From NCBI RefSeq assembly GCF_009914755.1, contig NC_060930.1: a stretch of DNA of 64,000 nt. One strand, 5' to 3'. Numbering within the stretch: the first letter of the stretch is position 1; each line of letters starts with the position of its first letter. The DNA comes from the human T2T-CHM13v2.0 reference genome, Homo sapiens. Shown one piece after another: positions 56,196-64,000 of this stretch. Both the position numbers and the translations under genes were made by a program. The notes below the pieces were generated by a model, which was not told the origin of the DNA, made no database searches, and saw only the letters and a list, made by a program, of their open reading frames with translations.

Positions 56196-57269
56196 ACTTG
56201 GCTATGTACCTAGTTAATTCCTAGGTCCCAGACAATATTCTAAAATGCACAGATCCTGGGAAGTATGATGCAGTTTATGAGTCACAGCATCTTTTGCACC
56301 CAGAAATGCTTATCTAATGCAACAGCTCTGGGCCTCTATCTTTAATAAGCCCTCAACTGGGTTTATTAAAAGGTACTCTCCTTTTGGCATGTTTGCACAT
56401 CCTGACTGGTCAGTATCATTTGCAAAAATCTGAAACTTACACAGAATCACAAAATTGTTTGTGCAACACCATTTACCATCCCAACAGCAGTTTGAGAAGT
56501 TACTGCTTAAAGCACAATAAACCAATTATACATGTACAAAACTACAGTAATAGGAAACAAGATGGCATGTTCATGCATCACTGTCGCTGGAACATAGTAT
56601 GTAAGGTAGAGTAGCAGGTGGTTATGCTAGAAAAGCAGGAGCCAGGTCACAGAACAATGCTTGGACTTTATCCTGTGGACAGAAATAGTATCAAAGGTTT
56701 TAAAAAGTGAAATAATGTTAGATTCCTCTGGCAGCAGGGTGAAAACTGGATTTGACTTCGTTGATAAAGCAGGCAAACCTGTCAGAAAGAATCGACATTT
56801 ATGAGGTAAACATCTAGGTAACGTCTAAAAGATGGGGTCACTGAATGTGGAACCTGTAAGAAAGGAAATAGCCAAGGATAATCCTTAAGTTTTAATTTGA
56901 CTGCTTGCATAATTGGTGATGTCTCAATTGAGGAAAAAATTACAGAAAATGAGTCTGAAAAACTCAGACCCATCAATCTCTAAAATCCCTTTTTTTCCCC
57001 CACTATATCTCATTTTATAGATTAAAAAAACCTCAGATCAACAGACATTAAATACCCTAGAGCAGGCACCAGAACTTATGTATCCTGCTGTTTAGTATGG
57101 AACTTATCCCATTAAAAACAACAATTTTTACGTCTTCATCATTTTTACTTTGTATATTTTATGAACACATGAACTAAAATCCGATTTTAAAACTGGGGAA
57201 TTTCTCTTCTGTATAATAACACACTAACAATTAGGGAAGTACTTTTATAAAATAAGTTTAAATACTCAC

Positions 57270-57352
57270 TTCAAATTCTTTTACAAAATAACGAGTTTCA
57301 CCTTGAATAACTGGTCTGTGATCCAAAAGCCTTGAATGAATTTCTCCAAGAT
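57270..57352 (-). CDS. BLOC1S5: BLOC1S5 coding exon 2 (DLGEIHSRLLDHRPVIQGETRYFVKEFE)
   Basis: Acceptor ttttatctttatag|AT, donor GAA|gtgagt; 83 nt, restores phase 0. Confidence 0.96.
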
Positions 57353-57479
57353 CTATAAAGATAAAATGAAATTCAGGGTTAATCCATGCTAAATGGCATA
57401 ATCTCTAGCTTGTTTTACTCTCTCCCTTCCCCACTAAGAGATGAAGGTTAAAATCCAGTTTAGACTATGGACTAAGAAG

Positions 57480-58080
57480 AAATCTCATCCACTGCCAGTG
57501 GATGTGTACACTGATACAACTACTTTTGAGAACAATCTTTCAGTATTCAATAAAGTTGCAGACATGTATACCTAGCATTTTCATGCCTAGGTATGTACCC
57601 TGGAAAACTCTTGCACAAATGAGTAAGGCCATTTATACATATTTATTACAGCATAGGTGTAATATCAAAAGAAAAAACGCAAAACACCTTAACCATACTC
57701 ATACAATGGAATTCTATCAATCACCAAGTAAAAATAAATACATCAGAGTTACACTTATCAACATAAATATAAAAAATAATACGTATTTTATAATAAATAT
57801 AATAAAAAAGCAAGTTTCAGAAGGATTAAAGCAATTTACATAAAACTTTAAAATATTCAAAATATTTCCTTTTGGGATATAGACAGAAGCAACAAAACTA
57901 TAAAGAAATGCACAAGAATAATAAACACCAAATTCTGGATAGTGGCTACCTTGAGAGGAGGGAGGGGAACTAGTGCAATTAGAGCAAGACACAGTGGGGC
58001 TTTTAGTAATTTATTTATTAAGGTGGGTGGTGAATGTTCATTGTAAGTCTCTTTTTCATAAGTCTGAAAAAGTCATTAAG
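57480..58080 (+). mobile_element. L1ME-type 3' end in intron 1
   Basis: catacaatggaattctat; aaattctggatagtggctacct. Confidence 0.65.
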
Positions 58081-58559
58081 AAAAGGTCTGAATTTAAGTC
58101 TTTTGGTGAGTCAGTTTATTATTCTTCTTAGTTACAACTATGTAGTTTAAAATGTAAGTCTCAAAATTCCTTGAGAAATTAAATCTAAGACAATGTATTA
58201 TTCATATTCATTCACTGGCAATGTTCCCCAAATTTTTCATTTTTGCAGACATACGATGGGCAGGTTTCAATTCTCTATTTTAATGAATTTTATTAGTACA
58301 TATCTTCTTAAGCATGTCAAGTAGAAAAAATAATACAAGCACTGTATATAAGCACTTTATATCTGGTATATATAAAGCACTACAACTCAACTGTCAAAGA
58401 CTTTCACGCAGCAAACAGCGTTGTGAGCTTTAGGAGTCAAACCTAAAGCAGATTCTGTGAGAATCTAGGTTGTAACCTTCTCCCAGCTCAAAGCACACAG
58501 AACACATGGACATTTCTGAACGTGAATGGTTCTTTACAGTGCTATAGAGCGCCTTCGTA

Positions 58560-59330
58560 AGTGTATCTCACTTACTCCTCGCACGACCAGGAACAGATCG
58601 GGTAGGAGAGTGAGTAAAGCCAGTGACCCGAAGTCACTCAACTCCTAAGCGACTGCCTCCCGCCTCCCAGGTCCAATGCCCTTTCCACTACACGTCGGTG
58701 GCGAGGCTGCCCAAAGGCTCTGCGCCCAGGGGTCCTGAGCTTGCGGAATGGACGGGGGCGGGCCTGATGGCTCAGGCTGCGACAGAGGAAAGCGGGGAAA
58801 CACGAAGAGTTGGGCTGGTTGGTTGTGGTGGGACGCATTTGGCGCGGGGAAAAAGGCGGGGACCGACCACGACTCCCCCACCCGCACAAACGCACGCGCG
58901 CCAGCCCGGGACCCGGGGGTCGGCCCGGGTCAGAGGGCGCCGCCTGGGAGATGAGGCTGTGCTGGGATCCACCAGGAACTATAGCCCTGACACTCCGTAC
59001 CCTTGATAATGAGGTGCGCTGAGCCCGCAGTCCCCAGGGAGTCCCTCTTCTTGCTGCCACCGCCCGGGGCGGCCTCACAACCCACAGGGGTCTCTGTCCC
59101 TCCGCCACTCATCCCGACCAGTTCCGCCCACCCGCGGCCACGCTGCGCCTGCGCAAACCCGGCCGCCCTCTTACAAGGCGCGCCCGGGTTTTTTTTGTGT
59201 GTGTGTCATTACAGGGCGCCGGAGAAATTTAATCTACCCAGCGGGCGGTTCCGGAAAGGCGCCTGCCGTGTAGTCAGGCTGTGAACTGGCAGAAGCTCTT
59301 GCCGCCATGCTGGATCAGGGCGGATGCTGC
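58560..59330 (-). promoter_or_regulatory. CpG-island promoter of BLOC1S5
   Basis: GC- and CpG-rich island over exon 1, no evident TATA box; NRF1-like TGCGCCTGCGCA 59144-59155, GC box GGGCGG 59243-59248, ETS-like TTCCGGAA 59249-59256. Confidence 0.88.
59001..59112 (-). CDS. BLOC1S5: BLOC1S5 coding exon 1 (MSGGGTETPVGCEAAPGGGSKKRDSLGTAGSAHLIIK + 1 nt)
   Basis: ATG at 59112 inside the CpG island; donor AAGG|gtacgg; 112 nt, ends in phase 1. Confidence 0.96.
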
Positions 59331-59408
59331 TAGAATAGGAAGGTGCTTGAACTTTGGAGCTAAACTCAGAGCCCTGGTTATTTGGCTCAAAGCTGGTGCA
59401 TTCCAGTA

Positions 59409-59678
59409 CAGTTGTCCTCCCATATCTGCTGAGAATACATTCCAAGACCCCCAGTAGATTCCTGAAACTGCATATAGTACTGAACCATGTATATACTATG
59501 TTTTTTCCTGTATATACATATGATAAAGTTTATAAATTAGGCACAGTAAGAGATGAACAATTAGAACAATTTAATAAAAGTTATGTGAATGTAGTCTCTC
59601 TCCCAAAATATCTTATTGTACCGTCCTGCGGGTAATGAAACCACAGAAAGTGAAACCTCAGATAAGGGGGGACTACTG
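59409..59678 (-). mobile_element. MER44-family Tigger MITE
   Basis: TIRs cagttgtcctcccatatc / gataaggggggactactg with a TA TSD. Confidence 0.85.
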
Positions 59679-59819
59679 TATAGCAAAGCCAATTAGCTGG
59701 GGGCTGTTTCCCTACTATGCCATGAGTGTGGCTGACTATTCCTGCCTTTCTTTTTAGACACCTGTTTCCTAGAATGCTTCTCTTGCTCCCTCTTTCTGTT
59801 CAAGTCAGTAAACTCACGT

Positions 59820-60610
59820 TGTATAATAAAGAATTTGACTGGACTTTGACTCTGGTTCCTGGGAGGTACCCTCAATCCTTAGAATTTCCCAAGTGATAGA
59901 AGTGTCTTTGTTATTCATGGTGGGCCTCTGGAAATACACCTGAGTTTATGCTAATGAGATGGCTCATGGAGGGCCCAAGATGATTTCAGAATGGAGGCTG
60001 GCCACACCAGAAGGGCCGGCCAACCATGAGGGCTTAGGCTTTGAGTCACATAAGCAGGCCCACCTCTGGGGAGCAGATTGGGGCTGGAGACTGAGTTCAG
60101 CCATGTGGCCAGTGATTTAACCAACTATGCCTACATAATGGAACCCCAGTGAGTACTCTGGATGTGGAAGCTCAGGTGAGCTTACTGGTCGATAATCATT
60201 CATCAAAGTGTCAGGAGGGGGAAGCGTTCCTGAGGACACGTAAGCTTCTATTTGGGAAATCTCCCACATCTCGCCCTATACATCTCTTCATTTGGCTGGT
60301 CCTGATATGTGTCCTTTATAATAAAACTGTAATAGCAAGGAAAGCACTTTCTTGAGTTCTATGAGTCATTCTGTGAAACCTGAGGGAGTAAAGCGAATAG
60401 CAATGAAACATCATGTGTAGAGAGAAGCTGCGTGGGTGAGAACTGAGGCACCCTAGCAGACAGTGCTCAGGCCCTGGGCATATGACAGAGACAGCTGGTC
60501 AGAAGTGCAGGTGGCCTGGGAACCCCAAAGCTTGTGGCAGGTGTCTGAAGGGGAGTCTTGAGGAGGACCATGCTTTGACCTCTGAAGTCTGTGCTAACTT
60601 CGGATAGCAC
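59820..60610. mobile_element. MER21C-like LTR
   Basis: aaagaatttgactgg ... acacctgagtttatgctaatgag ... ctggtcagaagtgcaggtggcctggg. Confidence 0.75.
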
Positions 60611-61429
60611 TGCAGTTTAACAAACACTTACATGGCACTTGCTACATGCCAGGTAATACTGTAAGTGGTCTACAAATTTGCATTCATTTAATCCTCATGG
60701 CCGGCCTTTGAAGTAGTTATTATTAATGTCCTCATTTACAGACGAGGAGGCTGAGGCACAGAGAGGTTAAATGACTGCCTGACTTGTATGTGGCAGAAAC
60801 AACTGCCTCTGTGTCTCTGTGTATGTGTTTAAGCATAGGTGGTGGGTGAAGAGAGAGTGGGGAAGGGAGATTTGGAGAGAAGGGAGAGAGAAGCCATATT
60901 AACTTTAACAGGCCACATGGGCTTTTCATTTTTTCATTCAAAAACATTTAACAAATACGTTATTGAGCAGCTGCTACGTGCCCAGCATAGTGCTAGGAGC
61001 TAAGACACAGTGGTGAACAAGACTAATGCAGCCTTTTCCTTTCCTCATGCAGCCTGCAGGGGAGCCAACACTGAATAAGTACACAATTACTTTTCTGCAA
61101 GTCTGTTGCTTGTAGCCTGTGAATATGTGTTCTAGCCATTTGATTATACACTATTAAGTTGTATTGTTCTCTGGGATGGTGAGGTCCAGCATATGCCTCT
61201 GTTCTCTCTCCGCTTTTATATAAATCTTTACACTGCGGCTCAGACAGCTAGGAGACTGAGAAGCAACATTGGCAGTGCCATTTCGCCTGGCACATTCAGC
61301 TGCTATGAGTGTGTCCTTGGTCTTTGACCCATGAAATCTCAAGAGTTTTGAGGCTAAAATGGGACTCTTATCCTTTCCCTGAAGGTCTTGTATTGTCTCT
61401 TATTGTCTCTGGATTGACAAGACTTTCCC

Positions 61430-61870
61430 TGTATTTTTAAATGAAATTTTTATTGAGGTATTTGTAGCTTCTCATGCAGTTGTAAGAAATAATAGAGTTT
61501 CCTTTTACACTTTGCCTAGTTTCCCCCAGTGGTAACATTTTGCAAATGCTAATGTTACAACCAGGATATTGACATTGATACAATCCACCAATGTTATTCA
61601 GATTTCACCAGTTTTCCTTGTATTCATTGTGTGTGTATATGTTTAAGTTTATGCAATTTTATTACATGTAGATTTATGCATCTATCATCACAGTCAGCAT
61701 ACTGACCAGTTCTGATGCCATAAGGATCTCGTTAAGGTTCCTGTTTATAACCACATTTACCTTCCTCCCTGTCCCCACCCTGACTTCTGGCAACCTATCA
61801 TCTGTCCTCTATTTCTAAAAACTTTTTCACCTCAAAAATATTATAGAAATGAAATCATACATTAAGTACC
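61430..61870 (-). mobile_element. L1MC-type 3' end
   Basis: ttacaaccaggatattgacattgatacaatccacc. Confidence 0.75.
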
Positions 61871-62353
61871 TTTATGTTTTTAAGAATAGCTGTACTCACA
61901 TCATAACCTCTATACAAGATTGGAGAATCAATATCATATACAAATATAAGCATGGGATTGTAAAGGGATTTTTCCAATTACTGTGCTTTTTGAGACTCAA
62001 GACATCTAAATCATGGAGATATTGTCAATTTAGTAGAAGTAAAGTTCTGACTTTGGGGGAAATTTTTTGCTGTAATCCCATGTTGAATCTTTTGAAAATT
62101 AAAAAATAAATGAGTTATTACATGTATACCAAGAATAAAATTATAATTTATTCCTTAGTATAAGCCCATCAAGGGGAACCATAATTGGCACAGGGTGGGA
62201 GATAGAGGGACTCCTAAGTTTATTTTGTGTTCTATCACATCCACTCCATGAGATTTCCTCTGCAACATCTTTTATTGACATTATTTCTTATTTTTGTTTG
62301 TCTAACCTATTTTAGAAATGGGTTAAAAAATTAAAAAATGCAAAAACTGATTA

Positions 62354-63059
<706 letters not shown>

Positions 63060-63454
63060 GTTTTGGAAATGCTTAGGGCACACTGGACATGAAAGCCAGT
63101 TTAGTGTGAAGTAGCACACTTTGTATTAGCATTAGCGGTCTTCTAGGCTGAAGCAATTTTATAATCCAGTGCTGAATCTTCCTGTACCAAATGCTGCTAG
63201 TTCCCCCTAGAGAAGCTTCTGGTGTAGCTCCATCATTTGGAGAACACGCAGGGCTTACTGCAAGAGCCACTAGAAAGTAACTGCTCCGGTGACAAAGCCA
63301 ACCCATTGGAACACAGAATGCATTCCATCCACCACCCTGGGCACACCTTCATTAAACTGGACTCAGCTGTGCAAAAAGACAAAAGCATGAGTTGTTGTGT
63401 GCATGCAGCTAGCTCTACGTATGCCTGTCACCTAAGCTTTGGACACGTGTAGTA

Positions 63455-63590
63455 CAGTGGTTCTCATGGTATGGTCATCACAGCAGCAGTATTAGACTCC
63501 TCCTGAATCAGAAACTCAAATTGGATCCCAGAAATCTGTGGTTTGAGAAGCCCCAGGTGATTCCCACGCATGCTAAGTCTGCGAACCAGT
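63455..63590. mobile_element. MER5A-like fragment
   Basis: cagtggttctca ... ctgaatcagaaactc ... gcgaaccagtg. Confidence 0.7.
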
Positions 63591-64000
63591 GCTTTATTGC
63601 AATGTCTATTACCTGTTTCCTCAGCATCTGATAATGAGAGTCAATGATAGAGTTCTTTTATCCAAGTGACAGGGTTCAAACCAAATGGTGAAAATGGTCA
63701 GGAACTGGAAACTTCATGAGGTCAAAGAGTTTAAAACTTCTAAGGGTTTTTATGACAAGGTATGTGTGTTGCAGAAGGTCAGGAAAAATGGGGATGGGGG
63801 AGAAGGAGAACTTACATTACATGAACAGACTAGTTTATCGACTGCACCAAAGAAGCTTTGGAATTTGTAATCAGGTGGCTGGAAGTTTCTCATCTTGCTC
63901 AAAGCAAGCCTGTGGCCTTATTGTTTAGAGCTATGCCTTGTCAAATTGGTCGTATGGCTACTGTATTTCAAGCTTAACTTGGACAGACAGGCCTGCGAGG

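Noticed and set aside
58638-59108. 156-aa ORF and other ORFs overlapping exon 1 and intron 1
   Set aside because: It has a GTG start in another frame, runs through the splice donor, and reflects the scarcity of stop codons in GC-rich DNA.
63195-63215. CTCF-like TCTCTAGGGGGAAC on the minus strand
   Set aside because: Two core positions mismatch, so it cannot be supported without a PWM score or ChIP data.

Overview
Human genomic DNA (about 35 Alus, L1, ERVL/MaLR LTRs and DNA-transposon fossils) containing one complete protein-coding gene on the minus strand: BLOC1S5 (MUTED; BLOC-1 subunit 5). I rebuilt its five coding exons from the sequence: 59001-59112, 57270-57352, 35895-36024, 21122-21180 and 10404-10583. 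All introns are GT-AG and the product is 187 aa (MSGGGTETP...LAKFSTF). The gene has a CpG-island promoter at about 58.6-59.3 kb and a likely poly(A) signal at 8334. Nearly all other ORFs in the track come from repeats. I see no new gene or multi-gene system. The most unusual structure is a set of short templated-copy scars: six 40-165 bp segments duplicated 0.4-2.6 kb from their source, four of them inserted into an Alu, Tigger1 or L1 without a poly(A) tail or target-site duplication (TSD), plus three fold-back micro-rearrangements inside Alus. Also notable are a candidate 103-nt poison exon in intron 2, inverted Alus closely flanking exon 3, a near-pristine AluYa5, and a three-level nested L1. 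Repeat subfamily names and gene identity come from recalled consensus sequences, not from a search. Identity figures are hand counts.
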